Origin: an uncultured Acidobacteriota bacterium
Lineage (GTDB): Bacteria > Acidobacteriota > Blastocatellia > RBC074
Length of the DNA: 64,000 nt
Assembly: GCA_963796275.1 (NCBI GenBank)
Contig: CAWCKY010000002.1
Span: 288,001 to 352,000 of the forward strand
Reading direction: 5' to 3'
Notes under the pieces: model-generated
What the model was told of the DNA's origin: nothing
Databases searched by the model: none
What the model saw: only the letters and a program-made list of their open reading frames with translations
Program-made: the position numbers and the translations under genes
Part shown: positions 1-10,230 of the stretch, one piece after another
Layout of the letters: each line of letters starts with the position of its first letter
Numbering within the stretch: position 1 is the first letter of the stretch

Positions 1-48
1 TTGAAATGTTGAAATGCCTAAAATTGAAATGCCAAGAATTGAAATGCT
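1..48 (+). repeat. Short tandem repeat of TTGAAATG(C), 4 copies, later ones at ~15-bp spacing
   Basis: ttgaaatg-ttgaaatgcc-taaaattgaaatgcc-aagaattgaaatgct read directly; truncated by the window edge. Confidence 0.6.
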
Positions 49-165
49 TAGAATCGAGCCCGGCAGTCTGCGTCAAGATCAAAGTGGCCTCGGGTGATAC
101 ACATCGGCAGCGATAATATCAACCAAGGAACTGAAGTCTGTTAAGAGCCGGGGATTGGCAGCGTC

Positions 166-732
166 ATGAAGAAAGTACCGAACCATGAGAAGAACACTCT
201 GCCGGAAGGCAAAGCACAAATGGACACTGAGCAGGGCGATATAAAACGGCTGAAGTCAGAGAATGACCAGTTGAGGGATGAGAACGCACAGCACAAAGAG
301 AAGTTGCGCCGCGAGCATGAAATCTACTTGCGCAGCATCGCCGACTTTAATAACTACCGCCAGCGCATTGAACGCGAACACGCAAATGCTGCTCAGATAG
401 GTAAACGAGAGATGATACTTTCCCTGCTCGATTTCCTGGATGACTTCGAGCGCGCGCTCAAACATATCGATGAGTCAGAAATATCCGTCTCAGAAGGGCT
501 GCACGCGATTCACCGGCGTTTGGCGAAGCTGCTCGAATCGCAGGGAGTGACCACTTTCGAGAGCGTGGGCCATCCCTTTGATCCGTCGCTGCACGAAGCG
601 GTGGGGTCAGCAGATAGTGATGAACAGGAACCGGACACCGTGTTTGATGAATTGAGTCCAGGTTATCGCTGGGGAGAGGAGTTGCTCCGCCCAGCTCGTG
701 TTCGTGTGGCTCGGCAAGCCAGTGGTCGGTAG
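166..732 (+). CDS. grpE: Nucleotide exchange factor GrpE
   Basis: YLRSIADFNNYRQR, LLDFLDDFERAL, FDPSLHEAV and GY..GEELLRPARVRV motifs; first gene of a chaperone cluster. Confidence 0.93.
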   Translation: MKKVPNHEKNTLPEGKAQMDTEQGDIKRLKSENDQLRDENAQHKEKLRREHEIYLRSIADFNNYRQRIEREHANAAQIGKREMILSLLDFLDDFERALKHIDESEISVSEGLHAIHRRLAKLLESQGVTTFESVGHPFDPSLHEAVGSADSDEQEPDTVFDELSPGYRWGEELLRPARVRVARQASGR

Positions 733-800
733 TCAGCAGTCAGTTCGCCGCCACAGTTTACTATAAGAGGAGATTACTCTAGTTGAAAGCTGACTACTGA
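730..800. repeat. Heptamer-type inverted repeat (tagtcagcagtcag ... gctgactactga) between grpE and dnaJ
   Basis: Complementary short repeats flank a ~45-nt spacer; could form an mRNA hairpin. Confidence 0.4.
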
Positions 801-814
801 GGCAGGGCGCAGCT

Positions 815-1837
815 ATGGCCGTGAAATTCAGAGATTACTATGAGGTTCTCGGTGTCGCTCGCACGGCGAGCGCAGATGAGATAAAGAAGGCTTATCGCAA
901 GCTCGCTCGTAAATACCATCCTGACGTCAATCCCAAAGACAAAACGGCCGAAGAGAAATTCAAAGAGATCAACGAGGCCTATGAAGTCTTATCCGATTCT
1001 GAGAAACGCAATCGCTATGATCAACTTGGGGAGAACTGGAAAGCTGGCGCTGACTTCACTCCCCCACCGGATTGGGCGCGGGAAGGCGCGCGCGCGGGGT
1101 TCGACTTCAGCGAGATTTTCGCCGAGGGGCGTGGCTCGAGCGGTTTCAGCGATTTCTTCGATGCTTTCTTCACAAGCGGGCGAGGAGCGCGGGCGGGCGC
1201 GGGCTTTGCCATGCGCGGCTCGGATGTAGAGGCCGAGATACCACTCACGCTTGATGAGGCCCATCGTGGCGTCATGCGGACGATCACAATCGAGGCGGCC
1301 GAGCGTTGCCCGGAATGCGGCGGGAGCGGGATTAAGGACAAACAAAATTGCCCGATGTGCCGTGGGAGAGGTTCCATCCGCCGTCCCAGATCGCTGGAGG
1401 TCAACATCCCGGCAGGGGTGCGCGACGGATCGGTCATTCGTCTCGCAGGGCAGGGCGACCCCGGTCTCGGCAAAGCGCAGGCGGGCGATCTCCTCCTGCG
1501 GGTGCGGATCAAACCGCATTCTATCTTCCGTATCGCCGGCGAAGATGACATTCAAATTGAACTGCCGATTGCGCCATGGGAGGCCGCTCTCGGGGCAAAT
1601 GTCAGCGTCCCTACGCTTGATGGCCAGGTGGAGATGACCGTTCCGGCAGGAGCGCAGGGGGGACAACGAATGCGATTGCGCGGGCAAGGCTTGAATCGCA
1701 GGCGTGGCGGACGCGGAGACGAGTACGTCAAAATCAAGATCGTCATCCCGCGAAAACTTTCCTCCATAGAGAAAGAATTGTTTGAGAAGCTGGCCGCCGA
1801 ATCAGAATTTGACGCGCGCGAGCTGATAAAAGTTTAA
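815..1837 (+). CDS. dnaJ: DnaJ/CbpA-family co-chaperone
   Basis: J domain with HPD (KYHPDVN), G/F-rich region, two CxxCxGxG motifs, DnaJ C-terminal domain. Confidence 0.93.
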   Translation: MAVKFRDYYEVLGVARTASADEIKKAYRKLARKYHPDVNPKDKTAEEKFKEINEAYEVLSDSEKRNRYDQLGENWKAGADFTPPPDWAREGARAGFDFSEIFAEGRGSSGFSDFFDAFFTSGRGARAGAGFAMRGSDVEAEIPLTLDEAHRGVMRTITIEAAERCPECGGSGIKDKQNCPMCRGRGSIRRPRSLEVNIPAGVRDGSVIRLAGQGDPGLGKAQAGDLLLRVRIKPHSIFRIAGEDDIQIELPIAPWEAALGANVSVPTLDGQVEMTVPAGAQGGQRMRLRGQGLNRRRGGRGDEYVKIKIVIPRKLSSIEKELFEKLAAESEFDARELIKV

Positions 1838-1935
1838 ATTGTGGATTGGGGTTTGCAGTTGTGAATTTGCGTCTTTTCAGGGTTCCCCGCCGTTCCGACA
1901 TGCGCCATCCCAATCCGCAATCATAGGGAGAGACG

Positions 1936-2247
1936 ATGACCGAGCGACAATTTCAAATCGTCCTCTGTCGCAGGGAACGCGAACAGCTGACCTTGGATAC
2001 CCTCGCCAGCTCCGCGGGTCTCCATCCGGACCTGGTTGAGCGATTCGTTGAGTTCGGCTTGCTTGAACCGGCTGAGAGGGAGGGGACGCAGTTAATCTTC
2101 GAGGCTGCGGCGGTCCTGCGCTTGCGAATGATCGAACGATTGCGAAGCGACATCGGCATCAATCTTACTGGCATTGCCGTCATTCTCGATCTGCTCGACC
2201 GGCTGCAAGCCTTGCAGGGTGAAAATGAGCGGCTGCACGTTCATTGA
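1936..2247 (+). CDS. cbpM: Chaperone modulator CbpM / MerR-like HTH
   Basis: 103 aa with VEFGLLEP...RLRSDIGINLTGIAVILDLLDRL; directly downstream of the dnaJ/cbpA-like gene; GGGAGA RBS. Confidence 0.8.
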   Translation: MTERQFQIVLCRREREQLTLDTLASSAGLHPDLVERFVEFGLLEPAEREGTQLIFEAAAVLRLRMIERLRSDIGINLTGIAVILDLLDRLQALQGENERLHVH

Positions 2248-2385
2248 TCGCGAGGATTCGGCGATCGAGTATGTCATTTGGATAGCAAATGTTTGGAGGG
2301 AAAATGAGATATCCCCACACATCCCGGGCTATAGGCGCATTCTTCCATCAGCTATTTTCACGTTTCCGCATCGTGGAGGATAAGA

Positions 2386-5034
2386 ATGGATCTCAACCGT
2401 TTTACTGAGAAAGCGCAACAGGCGCTCGGCTCGGCGCAGACCAGGGCGGTCCGCTACAGCCATCAACAGGTCGATGTCGAACACTTGTTGGCCGGCCTGC
2501 TCGATCAGGAGGGAGGGCTGGCGACCTCGATTTTGAATAAGGCTGAGGTCAATGTCGACGGCCTCAAACGACGTGTCGAGCAGGAGCTCGATCGGCTGCC
2601 GAAAGTCTCGGGTCAAGCGGGCGCACCCGATCAGGTCTATATCACGGGCCGACTGAATCGACTCCTAACGCAGGCAGAGGACGAAGCCAAGAAGATCAAG
2701 GATGATTATCTCTCCGTCGAGCATCTGCTGCTCGCAATGACTGATGATGCGGGCGCGATGCGCGGTATCTTTAAGGAGTTCGGCATCACGCGCGAACGGC
2801 TCATGCGCGCGCTGCTGGAAGTTCGCGGGAACCAGCGCGTCACCTCTCAAAATCCCGAAGCGACGTATGAAGCCCTCGAACGCTACGGGCGCAACCTGAC
2901 CAAACTGGCTGCACAGGGCAAGCTCGATCCCGTCATCGGCCGCGACGATGAAATCCGTCGAGTGGTTCAGGTCCTCTCGCGACGCACGAAAAATAATCCC
3001 GTCCTGATCGGTGATCCTGGTGTCGGAAAGACCGCGATCGTTGAGGGCCTGGCGCAGCGTATCGTGCGGGGCGATGTCCCCGAGGGCATTAAAAATAAAC
3101 GCGTCACATCCCTGGATTTGGGCGCGCTGATCGCCGGCGCCAAATACCGCGGCGAGTTCGAGGAACGCCTCAAGGCCGTTCTCAAAGAGGTTCAGGAATC
3201 GAACGGTGAGATCATCCTGTTCATTGACGAGCTGCACACTGTGGTTGGCGCCGGCAAGGCTGAAGGCGCGATGGACGCGGGCAATCTGCTCAAGCCGATG
3301 CTCGCGCGCGGCGAGCTGCACTGCATCGGCGCGACGACTCTCGCTGAGTATCGCCGGCATATCGAGAAAGATGCCGCTCTCGAACGTCGCTTCCAGCCGG
3401 TATTTGTGGATCAACCGTCGGTCGAAGACACGATCTCGATCCTGCGGGGGTTGAAGGACCGCTACGAGATACATCACGGCGTGCGGATCAAAGACTCGGC
3501 ACTGGTCGCCGCGGCCGTCCTCTCGAATCGTTACATCAGCGATCGCTTCTTGCCTGACAAGGCGATTGATTTAGTCGACGAGGCAGCGGCCAAGCTCCGC
3601 ACCGAGATCGACTCGATGCCGGCAGAGTTGGACATGATCTCGCGCCGGGTCATGCAGCTTGAAATCGAACGACAGGCATTGAAGAAAGAGACTGACCCGG
3701 CCTCGAGAGATCGGCTCTCCCAACTCGAAAAAGAGTTGGCGGAATTGAAATCACAGGCAGATGCGCTCAGGGCACAGTGGCAGGCTGAAAAACAGGTCGT
3801 GCAGCGCCTGCGTTCACTGCGTGAACTGATCGAGCAGACACGGATCGAGATCGAACAAGCGGAGCGCCAATACGATCTCAACCGGGCTGCAGAGCTGAAG
3901 TATGGCCGCCTGACTGAGCTCGATCGCAAGCTTCAAGCGGAAGAAGAGTTACTGACCAAGAAGCAAGGGGGAACGCGACTGATCAAGGAAGAGGTGGATG
4001 AAGAAGACATCGCCGATGTCGTCAGCCGCTGGACGGGGATCCCCGTCTCGAAGCTGCTCGAAGGCGAGCTGCAAAAACTTCTCAACCTCGAAGAGTATCT
4101 GCACCGGCGCGTCATCGGCCAGGACGAGGCGGTGACCGCAGTGGCTGAAGCTGTGATTCGCGCCCGCTCGGGGCTCAAAGATCCGAATCGTCCCATCGGC
4201 AGTTTCATCTTCCTCGGGCCGACGGGCGTCGGCAAGACCGAGCTGGCCAGGGCGCTCGCGGAATTCCTCTTTGATGACGAGCACGCGATGATTCGAATCG
4301 ATATGTCCGAGTACCAGGAGAAGCATACCGTCGCCCGCTTGATAGGAGCGCCACCCGGCTACGTCGGATATGAAGAGGGCGGACAATTGACGGAGGCCGT
4401 GCGGCGGCGTCCCTACTCGGTGATCCTCTTCGATGAGATCGAGAAGGCTCACCACGACGTCTTCAACGTCCTGCTCCAGATTCTTGACGATGGCCGCCTG
4501 ACCGATGGTCAGGGTCGCGCGGTCAATTTCAAGAACACTATTGTGATTATGACCTCTAACATAGGCAGCCACAGGATTTTGGAGTATCGCGGTGCGTTCG
4601 AGGGCGAAGGCTACGAGCGAATGAAGGCAGCAGTGCTGGAGGAGATGCGTCTTCACTTCCGGCCCGAGTTCCTCAACCGTGTAGACGAAACAATTGTCTT
4701 CCACTCGCTCTCGGAGGAGCACCTCAAGCAGATCGTGGAGATTCAGCTCAACTTGCTGCGCCGGCGCCTGGACGAGCGGCACATCGAGATTGAATTGACC
4801 GAGGCTGCAAAAACACATTTGGTACGTACTGGCTACGATCCTAACTATGGTGCGCGTCCGCTCAAGCGGGCGCTTCAGCGGGAGATTGAGACAGCGCTCG
4901 GACGGCGGATATTAAAGAGTGAAGTACGTGATGGGCAAAAAGTAGTCATAGATTTTGACCGCGCGAGTGGCGAATTGGCCTTCACTACCGAGGCGCCCAT
5001 AATCAGGGAACAGGTTGCCTCGGGCGGCGTTTAG
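2386..5034 (+). CDS. clpB: ATP-dependent disaggregase ClpB
   Basis: Clp N-domain, two AAA+ modules ([16 protein letters not shown]), coiled-coil middle domain, GARPLKR; GGAGGA RBS. Confidence 0.97.
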   Translation: MDLNRFTEKAQQALGSAQTRAVRYSHQQVDVEHLLAGLLDQEGGLATSILNKAEVNVDGLKRRVEQELDRLPKVSGQAGAPDQVYITGRLNRLLTQAEDEAKKIKDDYLSVEHLLLAMTDDAGAMRGIFKEFGITRERLMRALLEVRGNQRVTSQNPEATYEALERYGRNLTKLAAQGKLDPVIGRDDEIRRVVQVLSRRTKNNPVLIGDPGVGKTAIVEGLAQRIVRGDVPEGIKNKRVTSLDLGALIAGAKYRGEFEERLKAVLKEVQESNGEIILFIDELHTVVGAGKAEGAMDAGNLLKPMLARGELHCIGATTLAEYRRHIEKDAALERRFQPVFVDQPSVEDTISILRGLKDRYEIHHGVRIKDSALVAAAVLSNRYISDRFLPDKAIDLVDEAAAKLRTEIDSMPAELDMISRRVMQLEIERQALKKETDPASRDRLSQLEKELAELKSQADALRAQWQAEKQVVQRLRSLRELIEQTRIEIEQAERQYDLNRAAELKYGRLTELDRKLQAEEELLTKKQGGTRLIKEEVDEEDIADVVSRWTGIPVSKLLEGELQKLLNLEEYLHRRVIGQDEAVTAVAEAVIRARSGLKDPNRPIGSFIFLGPTGVGKTELARALAEFLFDDEHAMIRIDMSEYQEKHTVARLIGAPPGYVGYEEGGQLTEAVRRRPYSVILFDEIEKAHHDVFNVLLQILDDGRLTDGQGRAVNFKNTIVIMTSNIGSHRILEYRGAFEGEGYERMKAAVLEEMRLHFRPEFLNRVDETIVFHSLSEEHLKQIVEIQLNLLRRRLDERHIEIELTEAAKTHLVRTGYDPNYGARPLKRALQREIETALGRRILKSEVRDGQKVVIDFDRASGELAFTTEAPIIREQVASGGV

Positions 5035-5089
5035 GCGAGGTTGATCGACTCCGCTCAATTTTCAACAGCTTGATCCAAGTGAGGTGCAT

Positions 5090-5539
5090 ATGGCATTCGT
5101 GAGAATTTTGTGCGGGATTGATTTCTCTCAAGCATCATTGGCGGCATTTCAGCAGGCTATGGGTTTGGCGCGGATGGGTAAGGGTAGCCTTTGCATCTTT
5201 CATTCTATCGAAGCACAGCCGTTTATCTCGGACCTGCTCGGAATTGACGAAATGGGTGAAATGGCAGTCAGGCTCAATGAAAAGGCGGCGGCCGCTCTGG
5301 AATCGCTCGTCGCGTCTTCAGCCTCGACCTTGGAAGGCATCCCGCTGACCACGGAGATCACCGCCGGCCGGGCATTCGTTGAAATACTAAACTACGCCCG
5401 CGACTGGTCGGCTGACCTGATTGTTCTAGGGGCTGAGGGCGAGGCATCATTTGGGCAAATCATCGTTGGCAGCACAGCCGAGCGCGTGATGAAAGGCGCA
5501 CAGTGCTCGGTGCTGATCGTCAAGCCGCCGCTGTCTTAG
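5090..5539 (+). CDS. Universal stress protein (UspA family)
   Basis: RILCGIDFS start, DLIVLGA..G.......GSTAERV, CSVLIVK; ATG at 5090 follows GAGG. Confidence 0.9.
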   Translation: MAFVRILCGIDFSQASLAAFQQAMGLARMGKGSLCIFHSIEAQPFISDLLGIDEMGEMAVRLNEKAAAALESLVASSASTLEGIPLTTEITAGRAFVEILNYARDWSADLIVLGAEGEASFGQIIVGSTAERVMKGAQCSVLIVKPPLS

Positions 5540-5745
5540 AGGAAGAAACGGCCAGTAACTGACAAACTGACTCTAGATCAGCGATTTTTAAGCAGATCTA
5601 GGGATTGCGAAGCCTTGGTGTGGGACATCTGCATGCCCCGAAACATGTTCGATTGGAATCCCCAACTCTCACCTAACCAAATAAAGGCTTGCCAACATAA
5701 CGGGCTACGTTTTTTTGTGCCATTTATCCGAATCATTGAGTTGTA

Positions 5746-8577
5746 CTACGCCGCGCCGCCCACACCTGTTTGCGAGGGCCGGCGGCGTTGCTCTTCCTGC
5801 CGCTTTTGCTCCTGCTGTCGTCGTTGTTCCTCCTGCCGCCTTTGTTCTTCCTGCCGTCTCTGTTCCGAGGCTCTTTGGCGTTCTTCATTCTGTCGTCGCT
5901 GTTCTTCCTGACGTCGTTGGTCCGCCTGACGTCGTTGATCCTCTTGGCGCCTCTGTTCCTCGACTCTTTGGCGTTCTTCATTTTGCCGCCTCTGCTCTTC
6001 CTGTCGCCGCTGATCCTCCTGTCGCCGCTGCGCTTCTTGCTGCCTCTGTCCCTCGGCTCTTTGGCGTTCTTCATTTTGCCGCCTCTGCTCTTCCTGTCGC
6101 CGCTGATCCTCCTGTCGCCGCTGCTCCTCTTGCTGTTTCTGTCCCTCGACTCTTTGGCGTTCTTCATTTTGCCGACTCTGCTCTTCCTGTCGGCGTTGAT
6201 CCTCCTGTCGCCGCTGCTCTTCTTGCTGTCTCTGTCCCTCGACTCTTTGGCGTTCTTCATTTTGCCGACTCTGCTCTTCCTGTCGTCTTTGTTCCTCCTG
6301 TCGTTTTTGCCCCTCGACTCTTTGGCGGTCTTCATTCTGCCGTCTCTGTTCTTCCTGTCGCCTCTGTTCTTCCTGTCGCCGCTGATCCTCCTGTCGCCGC
6401 TGCTCTTCTTGCTGCCTCTGTCCTTCGACTCTTTGGCGTTCTTCATTCTGGCGTTTCAGTTCCTCGGCTCTCTGGTGTTCTTCTTGCCGTTGACGCCCAT
6501 CATCCCGATTCGGCTCTTCCGATCGGCGAGGTATGTCCCTGTCAACCGGTCGCGTCGGTAGGGTCGGTCGAGGAAATTCTTTATCGTCGGGTCGCGCCGG
6601 CCGAGTTTGATGGGGCGCGTCTTTGTCGCCAGGCCTCGTCGGGAGAACGGGCCGATTTGAATTTCCATCGTTAGGCCGTGTGGGCTGAGCCGGTCGTGGT
6701 CCCTCTCCGTCGTTCGGCTGTGTGGGTTGAGCTGGTCGTGGTCCCTCTCCGTCATTCGGCCGCTTGGGCTTCGCCGGTCGCCCCCCATCATTCGGACGGG
6801 TCGGATGGGTTGGACGCGGTACGTCCCCGTCGTCATGCCGCACGGGTTGAGCTGGTCGCGGTATGTCTCTGTCGTTCGCCTGCCCTGGCCCAGCCGGACT
6901 ATCACCATCTCTGCCTTTTGGCCGTGTCGGCAGAGACGGCCGAGCCACATCCACATCGTTTGGCCGCGTCGGTCGAGCCGATCGAGGACCGTCTTTTTCA
7001 ACCACCCGTGTCGGCAGGGACGGACGAGGTGCATCTTTATCGGCTGGTCGCCCTGGTAGAGCGGGACGGGCAACATCTCTGTCCTTCGATCGTGTCGGAT
7101 GGCCCGGATGATTCGGTCTCGCAGGCCGTTGAACTATCGGTGTTTCGAGCCTGCGCCTGATCTCCGGGCGCTCAACAAACTTAGCACGAGTCGGAACCAC
7201 TCGAACCGGTTTAATCTGGTCCCAATTAACCCACGCGGGTTTCGCTGAGTTATTCGACCTTCTGTCGCGTTTAATGGAAATCAGAGCATCACGCGTGACG
7301 ATCGCACGCCCATTATGGAATCGGCTGCCATCCATGCCGCTGACGCCGCCAGGCGCACGGTAGTTCCGTAGAGAGCCGACAGCTCCACGAAATTTGTTGA
7401 ATCGCCCCTTGTGGCTGTGATGCGCCTCACCGGGCGCTAGCGGACACCATCCCAACCATCGATGACCATTGCGATCTCGATCATGACCCCGATGATCCTT
7501 TCTATCACCCCAGCCAAAAAAGGCGACCAGATGCGGGGACCATCTCCACGGCCGGCCGGTGTGAAATTTTACGCTGGGCACCCAGCACCAACGTTTGCCA
7601 TGAAATGCCCATCGCCCATAATGATATGGGAGCCAACCCCACGGCTCATTTGAGATCCAGGTCCAGCCATATGCTGGACTCCACCGCCAATTCCCGTGAC
7701 GGTATGGAGCCCAATCGGTAGAAGCGCCGCGCGGACACCAAACCCGGCCATAATCTGGGGTATCGAGCCATTCGCCGTACACATCCAGCTCGTGGACGCC
7801 GGGCAGGACATCCGGTACATAACTCGGACTTTGATTGCTTTCTGCTCGCGCGAAGAGCTCTTCATCACGCCGATCGTTCCAAATATCCCAACTGTCCTTC
7901 TCATCGACCGAAGCACTTTGAAATGTGCCCGGATCATCGCCCCTCAACACAACTCGCTGTCCCTGATTGATGACGACCGAGTCTATCTCCTGATTGTCGA
8001 TTAAGGCTTCGCCACGCCACACTACGACCTCTGTCGTACCATCTTCGTCTACATTGATTCGATAAAGACCTTCCTTGAGAAAAACGACAGCTACGGTAGG
8101 AGTGTCGACCTCGAAATAGACAGGATCATCGGTACCATCATCCTTCGCATCCTCTATCTGGAATTGTCGTTTATCCAGACTATCGATCCGGAATGTTGCC
8201 GTTCCGACCGACAGCGCTAAACGAATTGTGTCGTTATTGAATTGGGTAAAGCGAAGGTTGGTATTGTTATTTATTCGGACGATGTTGCGACCGCTCAATT
8301 GGATTTCGGCACGCCCATCGGGTCCGCTGTAAAGCTGATCGCTTTCATCGAGCGGGAGGTTCAGTGTCGCGTCGAACCACTCTTCATTCGAATCGTTGGC
8401 CCGCCGGTAGTTGATCTCGCCCTCGATCAGGCTGACACGGGCGACGTGAATGACTGGATCATCAGCCAGAACGACCGACCCGAACGCCATCTGGGAACAG
8501 ATCATTATCACCATCGGCCAAATACTGCAGGCGCGGTGACGGGGGAAATAATCAACAAGTTTGTGAAAAAACTTCAT
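5746..8577 (-). CDS. Exported FecR-like + DUF6600-type protein with Pro-rich and QEEQRR repeat tail
   Basis: ARVSLIEG and FecR-like GRAEIQL; LDVYGEW..TPDYGRVW.P, WAPYRHGNW, EPWGWLPYHYGRW (DUF6600-type). Start set to ATG 8577 (MKFFH) because it abuts the IS end and matches the displaced RBS. Confidence 0.8.
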   Translation of the reverse strand: MKFFHKLVDYFPRHRACSIWPMVIMICSQMAFGSVVLADDPVIHVARVSLIEGEINYRRANDSNEEWFDATLNLPLDESDQLYSGPDGRAEIQLSGRNIVRINNNTNLRFTQFNNDTIRLALSVGTATFRIDSLDKRQFQIEDAKDDGTDDPVYFEVDTPTVAVVFLKEGLYRINVDEDGTTEVVVWRGEALIDNQEIDSVVINQGQRVVLRGDDPGTFQSASVDEKDSWDIWNDRRDEELFARAESNQSPSYVPDVLPGVHELDVYGEWLDTPDYGRVWCPRGASTDWAPYRHGNWRWSPAYGWTWISNEPWGWLPYHYGRWAFHGKRWCWVPSVKFHTGRPWRWSPHLVAFFGWGDRKDHRGHDRDRNGHRWLGWCPLAPGEAHHSHKGRFNKFRGAVGSLRNYRAPGGVSGMDGSRFHNGRAIVTRDALISIKRDRRSNNSAKPAWVNWDQIKPVRVVPTRAKFVERPEIRRRLETPIVQRPARPNHPGHPTRSKDRDVARPALPGRPADKDAPRPSLPTRVVEKDGPRSARPTRPNDVDVARPSLPTRPKGRDGDSPAGPGQANDRDIPRPAQPVRHDDGDVPRPTHPTRPNDGGRPAKPKRPNDGEGPRPAQPTQPNDGEGPRPAQPTRPNDGNSNRPVLPTRPGDKDAPHQTRPARPDDKEFPRPTLPTRPVDRDIPRRSEEPNRDDGRQRQEEHQRAEELKRQNEERQRVEGQRQQEEQRRQEDQRRQEEQRRQEEQRRQNEDRQRVEGQKRQEEQRRQEEQSRQNEERQRVEGQRQQEEQRRQEDQRRQEEQSRQNEERQRVEGQKQQEEQRRQEDQRRQEEQRRQNEERQRAEGQRQQEAQRRQEDQRRQEEQRRQNEERQRVEEQRRQEDQRRQADQRRQEEQRRQNEERQRASEQRRQEEQRRQEEQRRQQEQKRQEEQRRRPSQTGVGGAA
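5770..6490 (-). repeat. Coding tandem repeat: 18-bp units (QEEQRR/QEDQRR) in a ~93-bp higher-order unit (QNEERQRVEGQRQQEEQRRQEDQRRQEEQSR)
   Basis: Visible in DNA (cttcctgtcgccgctg, ctttggcgttcttcatt) and in the protein. Confidence 0.9.
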
Positions 8578-10214
8578 CAGAAACCTCAAAAGGATACCCC
8601 ATCCATAGCAGCCATCTTGGGCGGCTTGGATGGGGAGGAATTTTGAGATCGTGCGCTAGCACGATTAATTCCGTAGCCGTCCGCCTTATGAATCACCCGG
8701 CAGTATCGATGGCTGATCCCCTGGATCGTGCCTGCCGCAGTCTTCACATTGAATGAGCCGCTGCTACGCACAGCGACTCGCCCCACATAGCAGCCGATCT
8801 TTTTGCCGGATCTGACATTTGCCTCGACCATATCTCCGGTTCTGAAGCCTTTGACCGTACGTGGGCCTTTGGCTGATGTGCGTGGAAACCCGTACTTGTC
8901 CATCCGGCACATCTGTCGGGTGTTATGCCCTGTCGCCTTGATCTCCAATGGGATAACTCCGTCGACAACGACCTGTGCGGGCGTTGACTTCCCGACGCAG
9001 GCCGCGTCGATCCAGTGCGCCTTGGGCAGGTCTCGCATCGTCCGGTTGTATTTGGTCAGTCCGCCTGATCCTGTCTCGACCGGCAGTCCGAAGCCCTTTA
9101 ACCGCTCCAAGAGCGCCCACCGCGTTGCATTCAACGCCGCCGCATCCTTCAATGGTTCTTTGACCTGCTGCTCGATCTCAGGAAATCCAAACTCGGCTGC
9201 GGTTCTAGTACCCTTCCGTTGATTGCAACCAGCACAGGCCACCGTCAGATTCGAGACTCGATCACTGCCTCCTCGTGATTCCGGAATGATGTGTTCGATC
9301 TGCAGGGGAATATCTGTCTTTGAACAGTAGGCGCACTTCCGGCCCCACTTCTCAAGCAGATACTCTCTCACCTCGTATCCGGCCAACTCACCCTGCTGAT
9401 ACTCGATTCCGGAGATATCCGGATTCTCCAGCAACTGAGTGTCGAACTTTACCAACTCCATTGAGAGGCCCGAGATCGGATAGAGCCGAGCCAGCCGATT
9501 GACCCACGTCTCAATATTGCTGATCCGGCTCTTGAGCGAAGGTGGCAGCCACCCTTCTGGCCGCCTCCGGTTGAGAAATCGCGGCTTCCGGTATCTGGTC
9601 TTTCTTGAGCGCCGACTGCACCGGATCGCTCTCCGTGCAGCTAAAGCCTGCTTGATTGCCTCTCCTCGGTGCTCAATCTCGGCTGCAAAGACGACCTGTC
9701 CGGATCCCTGATTGACTATCGCCACTCCGGTCTTTCTGGATCCTGGATCCAGCTTGAGCCGAAGATCCGGCACTTGTTCCTCAACCACGCGCTTGAGGAT
9801 GATCGTGAATGGCGCTCTCCTGAAGACTGCGGCCTTGCCTTCCTTCAGCAGGAGTCTGGCCCGTACCGCCGAAGTCGGCGCCAGAGGTCTTCTGTTTTGA
9901 TCGATGACTGCTACTTGCATTGTGAGAATGGCCCTTTCGAGCCGCTGGCATTGCTGCCGTTATGTTAGCCTCGACAATGATGCCTGAGCTTGTTAGTTCA
10001 ACGCACTGGCGATTACCCGTAACCGATATTTAACGCTGAACGACAGTTGCCACGGACTGGCTATCGCATCCGTGGGTGTCTCGGTTTAATAACCTAACTC
10101 AAACATCGTAGCTGCATGCCTTTCGGCTATCGCTTAGTCTGGTCAACCAGGCTCATCGGTGACCCGACAAGCCCCCACTATAGTTGCAAAGCAACTTAGT
10201 GGCGGGTGGGTGAC
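8578..10214. mobile_element. Non-autonomous IS200/IS605-superfamily OMEGA element (iscB + omegaRNA, no tnpA), ~1.64 kb
   Basis: TTCAT (8573-8577) precedes a subterminal hairpin ccccatcca..tggatgggg (8597-8635). The other end has hairpin ccacta-tagttgc-aaa-gcaact-tagtgg and terminal TGAC (10211-10214). Removing the element restores GGAGGAAGCT|ATG. Confidence 0.88.
8586..9920 (-). CDS. iscB: RNA-guided endonuclease IscB (PLMP/RRXRR, split RuvC, bridge helix, HNH)
   Basis: PLAP..ARLLLK.GKA (PLMP), LKLDPGS (RuvC-I D), Arg-rich RRSRKTRYRKPRFLNR, MELVKFD (RuvC-II E), CAYC..IEHIIP.SRGGSD.VSNL..AC..CN (HNH), HWIDAAC (RuvC-III). Confidence 0.95.
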   Translation of the reverse strand: MQVAVIDQNRRPLAPTSAVRARLLLKEGKAAVFRRAPFTIILKRVVEEQVPDLRLKLDPGSRKTGVAIVNQGSGQVVFAAEIEHRGEAIKQALAARRAIRCSRRSRKTRYRKPRFLNRRRPEGWLPPSLKSRISNIETWVNRLARLYPISGLSMELVKFDTQLLENPDISGIEYQQGELAGYEVREYLLEKWGRKCAYCSKTDIPLQIEHIIPESRGGSDRVSNLTVACAGCNQRKGTRTAAEFGFPEIEQQVKEPLKDAAALNATRWALLERLKGFGLPVETGSGGLTKYNRTMRDLPKAHWIDAACVGKSTPAQVVVDGVIPLEIKATGHNTRQMCRMDKYGFPRTSAKGPRTVKGFRTGDMVEANVRSGKKIGCYVGRVAVRSSGSFNVKTAAGTIQGISHRYCRVIHKADGYGINRASARSQNSSPSKPPKMAAMDGVSF

Positions 10215-10230
10215 AGCTTCCTCCGGCCAA
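9921..10230 (-). ncRNA. omegaRNA (HEARO-like): scaffold 10214->9921, 5' guide from flanking host DNA (~10215-10230)
   Basis: Minus strand begins GTCACCCACCCGCCACTAAG..GGGGGCTTG..GTTGACCAGACTAAG..CTACGATG..GACACCCACGGATGC..CCAGTCCGTGG..CATTGTCGAGG, the motif order typical of iscB-associated RNAs; non-coding and directly upstream of iscB. Confidence 0.85.

Noticed and set aside
2665-4818. Antisense ORFs of 270 and 289 aa within clpB, and similar shadows across other genes
   Set aside because: Typical shadow ORFs of GC-rich coding sequence.
5770-6490. Possible CRISPR array next to iscB
   Set aside because: Units are contiguous in-frame coding repeats without unique spacers.
5715-6674. Long alternative-frame and antisense ORFs (319, 263 and 237 aa) over the repeat
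   Set aside because: Stop-free by-products of the low-complexity QEEQRR repeat; no RBS or domain.
8578-8589. ORF-track start of the DUF6600-type gene at 8589 (TTG)
   Set aside because: It lies inside the IS end; ATG 8577 matches the reconstructed native RBS.
8578-10214. IStron (group I intron-containing IS) explanation for the insertion
   Set aside because: The non-coding part is accounted for by the omegaRNA, and I see no separate group I intron core or room for one. A covariance-model search would be needed to exclude it formally.
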